DNA of 63,907 nt, counting the filler, from Aduncisulcus paluster (taxonomy: Eukaryota), in the NCBI GenBank assembly GCA_024181965.1. It is 8 parts of 8 records of this genome, joined end to end, with 100 filler letters (N's around TTAATTAATTAA, not from the genome) between each part and the next. Parts side by side here need not be neighbours in the genome. Positions count along the whole stretch, not along the records: positions 1 to 5,048 come from BQXS01011058.1; positions 5,149 to 10,263 come from BQXS01011059.1; positions 10,364 to 21,154 come from BQXS01011060.1; 5 more parts are not named here. One strand, given 5' to 3'. The notes beneath the pieces are model-generated. The model was given only the letters and a program-made list of their open reading frames with translations. It had not been told where the DNA came from and searched no databases. Each line of letters opens with the position of its first letter. Within the stretch, counting starts at the first letter, position 1. A program made the translations under genes and the position numbers. Below, piece by piece: positions 1-11,126 of this stretch.

Positions 1-678
1 GTTAAGGTCACCGTAGGAAGGAGTGGTGAGCTTGAGAGTACGGAAACAGATGTCGTACAAGGCCTCGTTGTCGATACAGTAGGTCATCTCAGAGTTCTCA
101 ACCAACTGGTGGATGGAGAGGGTAGCGTTGTAAGGCTCAACAACGACATCAGACACCTTGGGGGAGGGAACGACAGAGTAGGAGCTCATGACACGGTCGG
201 GGTATTCCTCACGGATCTTGGCCATAAGAAGGGTACCCATACCGGAACCAGTACCTCCTCCGAGAGAGTGGCAGAGTTGGAAACCTTGGAGGCAATCACA
301 GCTCTCAGCTTCCTTACGGATAACATCGAGGACGGCATCAACGAGCTCAGCACCTTCAGTGTAGTGACCCTTGGCCCAGTTGTTACCAGCTCCAGTCTGA
401 CCGAAGACGAAGTTGTCAGGACGGAAAAGTTGACCGAAAGGACCAGCACGAACAGAGTCCATGGTTCCGGGCTCAAGATCAACAAGAACGGCACGGGGAA
501 CGTAACGACCACCAGTGGCCTCGTTGTAGTAAACGTTGATACGCTCAAGTTGGAGATCAGAGTCACCATCGTAGGCACCAGCGGGGTCGACACCATGTTC
601 GTCGGAAATAACTTCCCAGAACTTGGCACCAATCTGGTTACCACATTGACCGGCTTGGATGTGAACGATTTCTCTCAT
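1..678 (-). CDS. TUBB: beta-tubulin, 5' part (codons 1-226; runs off the window)
   Basis: Manual translation from the ATG at 678 gives [29 protein letters not shown]...[16 protein letters not shown]...[15 protein letters not shown]...[12 protein letters not shown]...[15 protein letters not shown]. It is absent from the ORF track because no stop lies in the window. Confidence 0.99.
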   Translation of the reverse strand, partial: MREIVHIQAGQCGNQIGAKFWEVISDEHGVDPAGAYDGDSDLQLERINVYYNEATGGRYVPRAVLVDLEPGTMDSVRAGPFGQLFRPDNFVFGQTGAGNNWAKGHYTEGAELVDAVLDVIRKEAESCDCLQGFQLCHSLGGGTGSGMGTLLMAKIREEYPDRVMSSYSVVPSPKVSDVVVEPYNATLSIHQLVENSEMTYCIDNEALYDICFRTLKLTTPSYGDLN

Positions 679-992
679 TTTATAAATAAATAATACAAAG
701 TTGTACTCAAAATTTGCATGAACGCAAAGTCGAATTTTTTGCTAATTTTAGCACATGAGAATATTAACCATATTCTAATAGGCAGAGATAAATAAATAAT
801 AAAATAATTATAAAAATGAATTTTACGTTTATTTTTTTATCATATACTCTCATTTGTATTTCTATGAAGGTAATCAGTTAACTGGGTTCTAGGTGCTATT
901 AGGAAGAAAAAATGAAGGATTTTTCGGAGTTTTTATAATTTAAAATTAAAATAGATTAAATCCTTTAACAATATCATAGTCTTCTATAGGTC

Positions 993-3728
993 TTATCGGT
1001 CGATTTCTTCCTCGTGAACATTCTCCTCTTCTTCCTCTTCGACAATGATTTCCATTCCCTCTTTCCATCCATATTGATTGTACCCCTCAAACGAGTGTGT
1101 CTGTTCATCAAACAATACCTCCACACCAGCCCCAGTCTGTTCAATAAAGTCATACATGGATTGTCTCATGGATCTCTCTTCTGTGAATGTCATCTTGACA
1201 AGGAGATGTTGTGGAGGAGTGTATTTGATAAGGGAAGAGTGGACAGTTTGTTGAGAATGAGTTGTAACATCAGTTTCGACTTTCCCATCATTCTCATAAC
1301 ATTTTGACCCATGTTTCCAAATACCTTGGAGAATGTGCTCCGGTAAAATGGTACTTCCTGAAAAAATATTGTAAATTGTAATTGGAGTTTTCTTTGTCAG
1401 ACATGAATTAATGTTGCGAGCTCTCTGGAAGTCAAAATCATCGAGAGATCCATATATCTTCATTCCGAGACAATGCTGAGAAATTCTATATCCATCAAAG
1501 TCGTCGAAATGTTGCATTTCAAATTTGGGGATAAGAGATAACATTGGAAAAGATCTGAGGACAATTTGTAAAGCATTCTTGAATAAGAAAGAACAAACAT
1601 TTGAATTGTATTGTTGGAAAATAGGCTCATCATAAGAATGTGCTTTGTCATGATAGATATTCATTGCTTCATCATATTTCGGAGATAAAGAGGGAACAAG
1701 GAAGGGAACAGTTGATAAAATAGAAATATAGTATTGCCATGATGGTATGTTATTTCCCCTCAAACTCGCCACAAATTTTGGCGCTTTGGTCCAATAATCA
1801 AGGATATCCTTTGTTTTCTCATATATTTCAAGAATTTGGCAAGGAGAAGAGCCAAAACAGATGTCGTACAAGAACTGGCCAAAATATCCAGCAAGTAATG
1901 GTACTTGTGAACATTTTTCCTTCACAATAGTAAAAATGGGATAAAATAATGGTCGAATCTCATGGGATAATGACTTAATGGGAACAAAGCCCTGTTCAAG
2001 TGATGATTCCATGATAAAACACAAAAGTTCGATTGTGTCACAATGACCATATGTCTTCATAAATTCAATAATATGAGGTTTAATTAGATCAAGAAGGGCA
2101 GATTTAGTTGAAACCTGCCCAGATGAAGCAATAAACTTGAACAGAGAAAAAAAACGCGACCGAAGATCATTTTCCAGTCCATAAGTTAAAAAATGCTTCA
2201 AGATAGAAAAAATTGCGAGAAAAAAAGATTCCCAATTAACTTCAACAAGACAACCAGCGGAATAAGCCAGATAACATTCACAAATGTTAAGAAAATCGTT
2301 ATAAATACACACAGGATTTTCTACAGAATCTAGTATCAATGAGAAATGGGGCAAAATAGAATAAATCATATCTTCTAAATCGCTTAAACGAATGCCAGCA
2401 GAAGCGAATCTTGAAAGAGATGAGGAACAGAAAATCAGTTCTTTTTGATGTTCCTGAATCTGAGTTTTTGATTTGTATGAAAGAAAAATTTTAAGAATAA
2501 TTTCTCGTGCATCTGAATAGATCTTATGGGCTTCAGAACCAGCTGTAACTTTCTCCATCAAACGACCAAGTTTCTCCAAGTCAGGATAACAATTAGAAAG
2601 ATATAGCGAATATGAGCTATCAAAGCAGAGTTTAAGAAAGGAAGGATGGAATTTTGTTTTGAAATCTCGCTTCCTTTCTTGACACCATTCCATGCTGCCG
2701 TCAAGTTTGGGGGATAAATGAGGAAGAATGGATGGAACAGCCGATAGCATTGCAATCAATTGTGACCAATAAGCAATTCCATGAAAACAGTCTGGCTTAC
2801 TTTTAACTAATTCAAACCATGGTTCTAAATGATATTTGATGTGATCATACATTAGAGTTGCAAGATCAGGAGATGAACAAAGATTTGCGAAGAAGAGAAG
2901 GCTATCAATTATGGAATTATCGTCGAAGGTAATACCGTTGGAACTGGTGTCTGTGATAATTTCGAATATAGGATGGAAAAGAAACCATAATTTTGAGGAA
3001 CGATCAACATGGACGAATAAATTCTCATTATCAAGAGTGATGTTCTTCAAGATATTTATCCAATGGTTAAAGAACTGTTTTTCTGGATATTTTGAAATCC
3101 AAGGCGAAACATGAGGAAGAATGATTGAAAAAAGAGAGATTTTATAATCTTTTTGACGTGTCAAAGAAATTTGTTCACAAATATACAGAAAATCTTCAAC
3201 AAATGAATTCTCGAAACACAAGGATTCACCAACGGAAAAAAAATCAGGAAGTAAAGGAAATATATACTTAAAATTATCAGTATTAATATATGTCGTTGAG
3301 ACTTGATCTTTAAGAATACGAATCAATAACTTCGAAATTGAATTCAGTCCATCTCTTTCTGACTCTGTTTTTTCATCTCGCAAGACCGATTCGATTCGAA
3401 TTAAATAAGGAAACCAAATTTGACAATAACAACTTCTCAATGGCGATAGAAACGAACAATCTGATGACGGATACGGCAAAGAGATTGGAGGAGGCTTTGC
3501 ACCCATGGGATTAGAGAACAAGGATATACATTCAAAGCAGAGACAAAAAAGCTTATGGTGCTCCCGAATTTGGGAATCTGACCTCCCAAAATCTTCGAAA
3601 ATATAACCAATTTGCTGAGCTTCCTCATACAATAATTGTGATATTCGCCTTAGATTGGTTATTTTTGGTATTTTCGCAATAAGGTTCCTTAATCTCGTTT
3701 CGAAAGCAGTAGCATCTGGGGTATACAT
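993..3728 (-). CDS. hypothetical 911-aa helical-repeat protein, lineage-specific family
   Basis: Long ATG-to-TAA ORF with two diverged copies of a module (LFHPIFEII / LFYPIFTIV; YWSQLIAMLSAVPSILPHLSPKLD / SWQYYISILSTVPFLVPSLSPKYD) and an acidic tail. Confidence 0.75.
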   Translation of the reverse strand: MYTPDATAFETRLRNLIAKIPKITNLRRISQLLYEEAQQIGYIFEDFGRSDSQIREHHKLFCLCFECISLFSNPMGAKPPPISLPYPSSDCSFLSPLRSCYCQIWFPYLIRIESVLRDEKTESERDGLNSISKLLIRILKDQVSTTYINTDNFKYIFPLLPDFFSVGESLCFENSFVEDFLYICEQISLTRQKDYKISLFSIILPHVSPWISKYPEKQFFNHWINILKNITLDNENLFVHVDRSSKLWFLFHPIFEIITDTSSNGITFDDNSIIDSLLFFANLCSSPDLATLMYDHIKYHLEPWFELVKSKPDCFHGIAYWSQLIAMLSAVPSILPHLSPKLDGSMEWCQERKRDFKTKFHPSFLKLCFDSSYSLYLSNCYPDLEKLGRLMEKVTAGSEAHKIYSDAREIILKIFLSYKSKTQIQEHQKELIFCSSSLSRFASAGIRLSDLEDMIYSILPHFSLILDSVENPVCIYNDFLNICECYLAYSAGCLVEVNWESFFLAIFSILKHFLTYGLENDLRSRFFSLFKFIASSGQVSTKSALLDLIKPHIIEFMKTYGHCDTIELLCFIMESSLEQGFVPIKSLSHEIRPLFYPIFTIVKEKCSQVPLLAGYFGQFLYDICFGSSPCQILEIYEKTKDILDYWTKAPKFVASLRGNNIPSWQYYISILSTVPFLVPSLSPKYDEAMNIYHDKAHSYDEPIFQQYNSNVCSFLFKNALQIVLRSFPMLSLIPKFEMQHFDDFDGYRISQHCLGMKIYGSLDDFDFQRARNINSCLTKKTPITIYNIFSGSTILPEHILQGIWKHGSKCYENDGKVETDVTTHSQQTVHSSLIKYTPPQHLLVKMTFTEERSMRQSMYDFIEQTGAGVEVLFDEQTHSFEGYNQYGWKEGMEIIVEEEEEENVHEEEIDR

Positions 3729-4592
3729 ATAAAAACAAAGTCAAGACAACAAATAGGAATCAATGAATAGATCTAAGAGAAAAAATAAGAAAAAAATAAC
3801 TAGTGGCCAAAGACAAGATCATGGCAATTGGAATATTCTCCAACATACAACCAAAACTACGATTTGGAAAATAAATTATTAATATAAACAATTATTTTAA
3901 ATAAATAAATAAATTCTAAAAAATAAATCTTGCGATTGTGATACTGTTGATGTATAACCGGTAGTTACCGGCATGTACCGGCTCTAATTCTCGATAATAA
4001 ATTTGCTAGCCACCCTAAACAGGGTTAACAATACAAAAGCTATTGATTGGTGTAGAATCCTCAACGATGTGAAGAAAAAAACATGAATAACCATGATACA
4101 TATTTAAATGACTAAAACAAACATTGAAAGAATCAAAATAAATGATTGGCAGCATAATATCGCTGTGCGGTGTTGAATTCATTTTGTCACTAATTAATCA
4201 CATTTGAGTGAGTTTTATTTTGTATAATTGGCAAAAAACTTGCATATTACACGTTTTCTCTGCCCAAATTGAAGTGAGTACCTAAGAGGTTCATTCAGAT
4301 CTCTAAAAAATCAAACAGTGGTTCAGGCGTGTAGAAATTTCAAATTTTTTCATGAAGAGGAAATTCAAATCCAAAATGTCCCAATGAAACTCATATTTAT
4401 ACCACTATTATTGAGATACAAATTGTATCATACAATTCTCACTGAGTCTTGGCAAGTTACGAGGGGATTTGCACTAAAAAGGGAATTTCTGGTGTCCATC
4501 TCAAGTAAATTCAACCAGAAGGACAAAAATATAACAATTCGGAACCAAAATGATATGGATTGAAAATGAAGTAAAAATGAAATTTAAATTTC

Positions 4593-5048
4593 TCAATCTC
4601 CATCTGAATTGAGAACAGATGGCGGAAAGAAACTATATTTCTTTTTGGAATCTGTCTTTCGTTTTGAGGATGTTGTTTGTTGCTTTTGTTTCTCTTTTTC
4701 AACAGAATCATAGAGAGAAGTCATTGAAGATAATGATGAAAGATTATCTGATAAAATCAGAGCTGGAGACATTTCTACCAGCTCGACAACCTCTTCCTTT
4801 CCTCCACTATTTCTTCTTTTCTTTTTCTTTTCTGACGACTTACTTCCTTCAACTGAATGACTTCCTGAAGAAGAATCCTCTCTATCTCCTTTGTCAATAT
4901 GGGAATATTCTCTGTGTCTTTTCTTCTTCCGTTTTGTCTGTCTTTCACCACTGTCAATTCTTTCACCATACACAAGGATCGGTGCTTTGATCGCAGGAGA
5001 TGACCCAGACACCTGAGGAATATCATGAGATACAATGTCGTTTGGAAC
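4593..5048 (-). CDS. C-terminal fragment of a low-complexity Lys/Ser-rich protein (5' end cut by contig edge)
   Basis: Frame stays open from the contig edge at 5048 to TGA at 4593; basic NLS-like runs (KRKKKR, KKKKRR). Confidence 0.5.
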   Translation of the reverse strand, partial: VPNDIVSHDIPQVSGSSPAIKAPILVYGERIDSGERQTKRKKKRHREYSHIDKGDREDSSSGSHSVEGSKSSEKKKKRRNSGGKEEVVELVEMSPALILSDNLSSLSSMTSLYDSVEKEKQKQQTTSSKRKTDSKKKYSFFPPSVLNSDGD

Positions 5049-5148
5049 NNNNNNNNNNNNNNNNNNNNNNNNNNNNNNNNNNNNNNNNNNNNTTAATTAA
5101 TTAANNNNNNNNNNNNNNNNNNNNNNNNNNNNNNNNNNNNNNNNNNNN
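5049..5148. other. artificial contig-joining spacer (N44-TTAATTAATTAA-N44)
   Basis: Identical 100-nt spacer with stops in all six frames, also at 10264-10363, 21155-21254, 39907-40006, 45851-45950, 50704-50803 and 60169-60268. Confidence 0.99.
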
Positions 5149-6773
5149 CTCCTTTCTCTCTCTTTCTCTCTTCTCATCATGATGATTTCTTCTTCTCTCC
5201 TTCTCTCTTCCTCCCGAATGCGTTCTTCTTCCATTCTTCTCTCTTCCTCTCTCCTCCTCTCTTCTTCAATTCTTTGCTCTTCCATTCTCCTCTCTTCTTC
5301 TTTTCTCCTCTCTTCGTCTTCTCTCTGTCTTCTCAATAAATCTTCTTCCTCTTTCTTCCTCTCTTCTTTCACTTGCTCAGACACAGTCAAAGTGGTATCA
5401 GAAACCGTCGAAAAAACATTCTTCTCACTTCCAATAATAGAATCGTCGTATCCACTAATAATAGACCCATCTTGAGTGTTTGGTCCCGTGCAGCGGTGAT
5501 CTTTCATCTTCAGAGCAGAGAGAGTATGATCAAGCTTAACAGTTATCGATGACAAAGAATCTATCATAGCAAATCGATCATGACTAAAAATAGATGATTG
5601 AGAAAGATCTTTCTTAGCATCTTGAGGAAACTCAGGTAATTGGGAGTCTATTTTTGGTTGATGAGAAACAAGAGGAATCACGAGTTCACTAGTTGTCAAT
5701 ACTTCTGGCACTTTCACAAGAGGAGAAGAAGAAGATGGAAGCATAACAGCCATGTGACGTTGAGTTGAGGATTCATCTGCACTGTAATCATCTTTGGAAG
5801 ATAGTTCTTTCGCTTCATGTGTATTGTTTTCACTATCTCTGTCAATCATATCCCTTGGAGATGCCTTTTCTTGCTCATATTTCTTCAAATCATCCTCGTT
5901 TGAACTCGATTCTTCTCTATACATATCAAAAAGATCTTTTTTCTCCCGTTTGAGACTCGAAATCGCAGTTAGATTGTCAGACTTGAGGAAATCATCTGCA
6001 GAGACATCGTCATCCGATATTGAGGCCTCTGCAGCTGAGTTTGTCTCAAAGGTGTCCACATATGGAGGTATTTTATGCCCAAGGAGTGCGGTATTTGTCT
6101 GGATGGAGAAGGATTCAGGTTGAACAAGAACATCTTTCATCTTTGGCACAATATGGGATGATCCCAATGTGCTCTCAAAGAATTTAACTCCAGAATCCTC
6201 TTTTTCTTCTTCTTTGTCGATATCTTTTGACAGGTCTTTGTCTTTTTCTGTAAAATCTCTAGAATCCTCATGTTTGGGTTCCTCACTGAGTTGACTCTTT
6301 GATATCATACTCGAATACCATTGTTTAGTGCGTAATAATGCAGAAATATCTGAAAAAGATGGAGAACGATCTGCTATCGGCTTGGAAGAATCAAGTGAGT
6401 GAGCAAGGGGGGTTTCATCTTTGGATTTAGCTTTATCTGGCTGAGATGTAAATGAACCTTGAATATCTAGCATTCTAGAGAGAGATGGAGATAAACTAAC
6501 TCGGAAACGACTTAACCCATCTGTAAGAAGAGCTTCGTTTTCTGCTGCTTTCTCTTTATCATTTTTCCATTGTTTGGTGCCATAAAATAAGGGAAGGGAC
6601 ACTTGAAAACTACCCGATTTTGAAGATTTTGGAATTGTGACAGGCTCGATTTTGCGATATGAATATTTTGGAATCTTTGCGGAAGAAGATAAATCAAGAG
6701 GTCTTATCCTTCGTTTTGTCTTTTTTTGTCGTTTTTCTAAATAACTTGAAGCCCTGGGTGTTGGTTTAAACAT
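5149..6773 (-). CDS. hypothetical protein with ER/K charged single-alpha-helix region, 3' truncated
   Basis: ORF from the ATG at 6773 runs into the spacer; mostly disordered, ending in EEERRREEERR repeats. Confidence 0.65.
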
Positions 6774-7132
6774 GTTTTGTTATATCGGTATGATTAGGAA
6801 GAAAATAAAGGGTAAAATTTCAAATCTTTATATATAAATTATTAATGTTGCAAAATAATACAAAAAATTGTGGAAAATATATTAATTGCGATCAAGACAA
6901 GAGATTTGAAATTTTCGAGGGTTATGTTAAAATATTTCAATTTTTTAGCAGAATTTTTTGACATAAATTCATTAATAACCCCCATTATTTTTATTTAAAA
7001 TATGAAAAAAACTCCTATACAACATTTGAGAATCGAAAAAGGAAAATTTGGCAATTGTCGAGATATTTACTTATTTTTTGAGAATTCTCATAAAATTATA
7101 ACATTGTTTTGAAAAATTACGAAATGTCAAAT

Positions 7133-9514
7133 CTATAATTTAAGATGTGGAGGAAGAGAAGCCTTAGCTTGGAAGTAATATGTTTTAACACAAGAAGCAA
7201 CAATTCCATCAAGGAACTTAAGTTCCTTTTCTTCGCGAGTATAGTATGACTTTCCATTATCAAAACTTAAATAGAGATTTCTGTACTCAGCAAGAGCCTT
7301 CATGTGAACTTCATTCTCGCTCTGACGTTTGGCAGCAATCTCAGCCTCAGAAGGTGGAAGAAGTTTCTCAGCATCTCCAAGTTTAGACATGATAGAAGTG
7401 AGAGCTGGAAGACTGTCCTTAACAGTTTGCTCAGCGCTAGCAGTATCAGATAAGATCTTGTCGACCTTAAGAGTGGCTCCGAATAGTTTATGGGCCTCTT
7501 TGCTATCATATTTAGCAGATGAGTATTTAAGCTTAAGAATCTCTTCCGGGACCTCTTGAGTAATCAGAGTCTGAGCATGCTGAGCGAAATCACAGCGTTG
7601 TTTGAGAGCAGCAACGAGAGCCTTGTAGCCTTCAAGGACAGGCATGGCTGCCTCCTTGGCCTTGGTATCGGTGGGACCAGAGACACTAGTAGCACCGACA
7701 CTGTGGACCTTGGCCGTCTCAGCCTTCTTAATGAAAGGAAGGATGTGAGTGTATGAAGTATCAACCTGTTTGTCAATAGTCGTGGTCTGAGTAAGTTGCT
7801 GGGTGTGAATATTAAGGGCAGTAATGTTGTTCATAACTTGTTGCTTCAAAATCTGAGTCGAGAAGGATTGTCCAGTCGTTGTGGCAATCTCACGATCTTG
7901 GGTCTGAACGGCAAGCACCATGTCGGTAATATGACGCAACACGGCCTGACAACGAGCACAAGCGGCATCACGCTCACTCTTCAACACTTCAAGACCATGT
8001 GATCCACCCTTGGATTCTAAGAATTTCCAAGCATCTCCATCGAAGGTTCCAGTTGGTTGAGATGTTCCCTTCTCAACACCAGAGATGAGTTCGTCGACAA
8101 TCTTTGAATTCTCAGCCTTGGATGGGGCAGCAGCCTTGGGGGATGTGGCAACAGCGGGGGAAGATTGGACAGATTGGGGGATGGGGAGTTGAGGAACTTC
8201 TTCGGCGGAGAAGAACTTCAAGAGCTTCTTAGGAAGACCAATCTTGACCATATGATGGGCAACAATGGTGGAAATAGCAGTAACATTCACCACGGGACCA
8301 AGAAATTCTTTCATGTACTCACGACAAGCAGCTTGAGTACGTTGCTCAACAATAGAACGGACTCCACGGAAAGGATCTTCCTCGGAATTGGGCTTGAACT
8401 CAATGTCATGGCCAATCTTTTTGATGAGGGAATCCTTGTAGTTGATCACAGTGATTTGAATAGCACTCAGAGGGACACGGTCAAGGGGAGAAATCTTGAG
8501 TCCACTGAGAGCTTTCTGTGTGTATATCTTGGCCTTGGAAAGGAGAGTAGAGACCTTGTTGGAAAGAGAGTAGGGAATAGCAGCACGGTTGGCAGCGATG
8601 ACTTTGTTGGCTTCTTCGAAGGAACTCAAGGCAGATTGGAAACGTTGAACATATTCATCTTCAAGAGGAGCAGCTCCTGGCATGGTGAATGGACTCAATT
8701 CGCAGGCACGATCGTAGTCTTTGAGTCCAGAGAAATAGAAAGTCTTAGCAGCAACAAGGGGAGCTAATTTCTGCATGAATGGATTCATTAAATTGGAAGA
8801 AAGCTTTTCAAAACGAAGGTTAGCCTGAGTAAAGAGATCAAGAGCATGGGCAGCAACACGGCAACTCAAGGAGGTAAATCTAGATTTTCCTTTAGAGACA
8901 GCATCAGCTCTATTAACCATACGGAAGGTTTCAGCTGCTTGACCACAGAAAATTGCCCTAAAAATGAAAAGGACATCGGGATTAAGGTCAACTCCATCGA
9001 AAATAACACGACATTTCTCAACATGTTCTTGACAACGACGAAGAGCATCAGCGGAACGAATCATGTTACTAATAAAATGTTTACGGCCATCTTGAGATGT
9101 GAGATTTTCTTCTTTGGCTCTGGCTGATAAGAGGGCAGCAGCATTGAAGAGCATAGCAGAAATCTCGAAATCTAGATCACGGGTTACAACAACGGCACTT
9201 TGAGTACTTTCAATCCATCTCAAAGCAATTTTATCACCTAATTCAGGAGGGATACGTGTTTTAAGTAATTTAACCTTGGCACAATAAACAAGAGTCTTCT
9301 TAATAAATTCATCGTCGTCTGAGGCTGATGTTTTCATTTGAGCGACTGTAAGAAGATCAGATCTCAACTGATCAAGTTCCGCGAGCTTTTGGATAGAATC
9401 AGAGTATTGAGCTGGAGCGACCATTTTCTTCAGAGGTTCCTCCAACAATTCTTTAAAGGAAAAGGGAAAAGAATTTTTCGGTTGTGTGCAAATAACGTCG
9501 TCTGACAATGACAT
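7133..9514 (-). CDS. BRO1-domain / ALIX-like ESCRT accessory protein
   Basis: BRO1-like motif LDFEISAMLFNAAALLS, then a helical V-domain-like region ending GKSYY. First in-frame ATG is at 9514. Confidence 0.75.
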   Translation of the reverse strand: MSLSDDVICTQPKNSFPFSFKELLEEPLKKMVAPAQYSDSIQKLAELDQLRSDLLTVAQMKTSASDDDEFIKKTLVYCAKVKLLKTRIPPELGDKIALRWIESTQSAVVVTRDLDFEISAMLFNAAALLSARAKEENLTSQDGRKHFISNMIRSADALRRCQEHVEKCRVIFDGVDLNPDVLFIFRAIFCGQAAETFRMVNRADAVSKGKSRFTSLSCRVAAHALDLFTQANLRFEKLSSNLMNPFMQKLAPLVAAKTFYFSGLKDYDRACELSPFTMPGAAPLEDEYVQRFQSALSSFEEANKVIAANRAAIPYSLSNKVSTLLSKAKIYTQKALSGLKISPLDRVPLSAIQITVINYKDSLIKKIGHDIEFKPNSEEDPFRGVRSIVEQRTQAACREYMKEFLGPVVNVTAISTIVAHHMVKIGLPKKLLKFFSAEEVPQLPIPQSVQSSPAVATSPKAAAPSKAENSKIVDELISGVEKGTSQPTGTFDGDAWKFLESKGGSHGLEVLKSERDAACARCQAVLRHITDMVLAVQTQDREIATTTGQSFSTQILKQQVMNNITALNIHTQQLTQTTTIDKQVDTSYTHILPFIKKAETAKVHSVGATSVSGPTDTKAKEAAMPVLEGYKALVAALKQRCDFAQHAQTLITQEVPEEILKLKYSSAKYDSKEAHKLFGATLKVDKILSDTASAEQTVKDSLPALTSIMSKLGDAEKLLPPSEAEIAAKRQSENEVHMKALAEYRNLYLSFDNGKSYYTREEKELKFLDGIVASCVKTYYFQAKASLPPHLKL

Positions 9515-9807
9515 ATTAACAATGTGTGTGAGCAAATCAAAGATAGTGGATAAAAGAATTCAACAGTGAATAATCCCTCAGAGTGACCAAAATAAAGTTG
9601 ATTTTATGGAATAAGTAATTAAAAAAATAATATATTTGGGTTTTTAAATTTGTTTTTTTTATTGATTATGCTGCGAGGAGCTGACATCCAAGAATGAATT
9701 TCGAATTCGCTCCCGAGGATTATTTCATGCATGAATTGAATTTAAAAATTCGTTTTACTCACAAAACCATGGTAGATATTGAATAAAAAAACATGTATTT
9801 ATCAACC

Positions 9808-10263
9808 TTAGAGATCATCAAAGTCGTAGTCAAAGTCACCTTCACCTGTTGGAGAACCCATTCCCTCGTAGACCTTGCTGGTGATTGGAGAGATATTCTT
9901 CTGGAGCTCCTCAAGTTGTTCCTTGAGTTCGTCGGTGGTGGCATCAGGGTTAACGGATAACCAAGAGAGAGTTTCCTCACAGTATTCTCTAACAGTGTCC
10001 TTCTCCTCATCATTGAGCTTGCCTCCAAGTTTCTCCTCATCGTCAAGCATGTTACGAGTAGTGTAGGCGAAGTTCTCGAGTTGGTTACGAGTCTCAACCT
10101 GTTCCTTAACAAGTCTATCCTGTTCTTCGAATTCTTGAGCTTCTCTAACGAGTCTCTCGATCTCCTCATCGCTGAGACGACCGGCCTCATTCTTGATCTC
10201 GATACTGTTGGAGTTTCCTGTTCCTTTATCGCTGGCAGACACAGTGAGGATACCATTGGTGTC
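9808..10263 (-). CDS. HSPA5: ER Hsp70 (BiP/GRP78), C-terminal fragment
   Basis: DTNGILTVSASDKGTG...GRLSDEEIERLV...RNQLENFAY...EKLGGKL is typical of BiP; ends in the retention-like FDDL; 5' part cut by the spacer. Confidence 0.92.
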   Translation of the reverse strand, partial: DTNGILTVSASDKGTGNSNSIEIKNEAGRLSDEEIERLVREAQEFEEQDRLVKEQVETRNQLENFAYTTRNMLDDEEKLGGKLNDEEKDTVREYCEETLSWLSVNPDATTDELKEQLEELQKNISPITSKVYEGMGSPTGEGDFDYDFDDL

Positions 10264-10364
10264 NNNNNNNNNNNNNNNNNNNNNNNNNNNNNNNNNNNNN
10301 NNNNNNNTTAATTAATTAANNNNNNNNNNNNNNNNNNNNNNNNNNNNNNNNNNNNNNNNNNNNA

Positions 10365-11126
10365 AAAGAATCTGAGATAGCCGCTTCATATGAAAAGAGT
10401 TTTCTCGATATTGAATCCAGATTTCTTTTGGAACTCAGTTCATTAAAAAGTCAATTGGCCGAGTTGTCCACTGAAGATGCAACCGGTGCGGAGATCATTC
10501 GACTCACAAGCGTCGTAGAAGAGCGTGAAGCAAAAAAGAAAGAACTTAAAGAGACGTATTCTCAAATGGCAAAGAAGGAATCCAAATGCTCAAAAGATCT
10601 TAAACGAATATTAGTTGATATAAAAGACATACAAGCAAAAATTAAAGAAGCTGACCGGGTTTTTTCAGACACTGTCAAATCGATCAAAGAAGGCAAAGCT
10701 AAGAAGGTTGAAATGGCAAAAGAAGAGGGTAAAAAGTCCCGAGACAAGTTTTTGGAAAGCGTTGATCAAATTAAAAGCGATATTGTGCGTAAAACAAGTG
10801 AGTTGCAAAAAGAAAAGCTTAAGCTCAGTCAATCGAAGAGTATTTTATCCAGCATTCTTTATAAATCGCCGATAACAGGTATATCGCTGAAAGAATTAAT
10901 CCTGGATACCGTTCAACTTAAGGTTTCTCGTAAAACTGATGGGTTTTCAAAAGGTGGGCATTGGGAGAAAATCCAAGGAGAATATATCATTGAAATTGAA
11001 GCATCAACGCTTCCAGACGACATGAAAATGCCTAAAGGCGGATTCTCAAGGCGGAAAGACTTTATGAAAATGATGTCAACACTTAAAGAAATATTTATGA
11101 TGACTGATGTGTCGGGTGCGACTTGA
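10365..11126 (+). CDS. coiled-coil protein with small globular C-terminus, 5' truncated
   Basis: Frame open from the contig start; heptad-rich K/E stretch followed by about 90 aa of mixed alpha/beta character. Confidence 0.6.
   Translation, partial: KESEIAASYEKSFLDIESRFLLELSSLKSQLAELSTEDATGAEIIRLTSVVEEREAKKKELKETYSQMAKKESKCSKDLKRILVDIKDIQAKIKEADRVFSDTVKSIKEGKAKKVEMAKEEGKKSRDKFLESVDQIKSDIVRKTSELQKEKLKLSQSKSILSSILYKSPITGISLKELILDTVQLKVSRKTDGFSKGGHWEKIQGEYIIEIEASTLPDDMKMPKGGFSRRKDFMKMMSTLKEIFMMTDVSGAT

Noticed and set aside
109-693. 194-aa + strand ORF
   Set aside because: Antisense shadow of beta-tubulin caused by codon bias.
10365-11126. Spc24/Spc25/Mad1-like kinetochore protein (coiled coil plus RWD-like tail)
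   Set aside because: Architecture only; no diagnostic residues. It would need HHpred.
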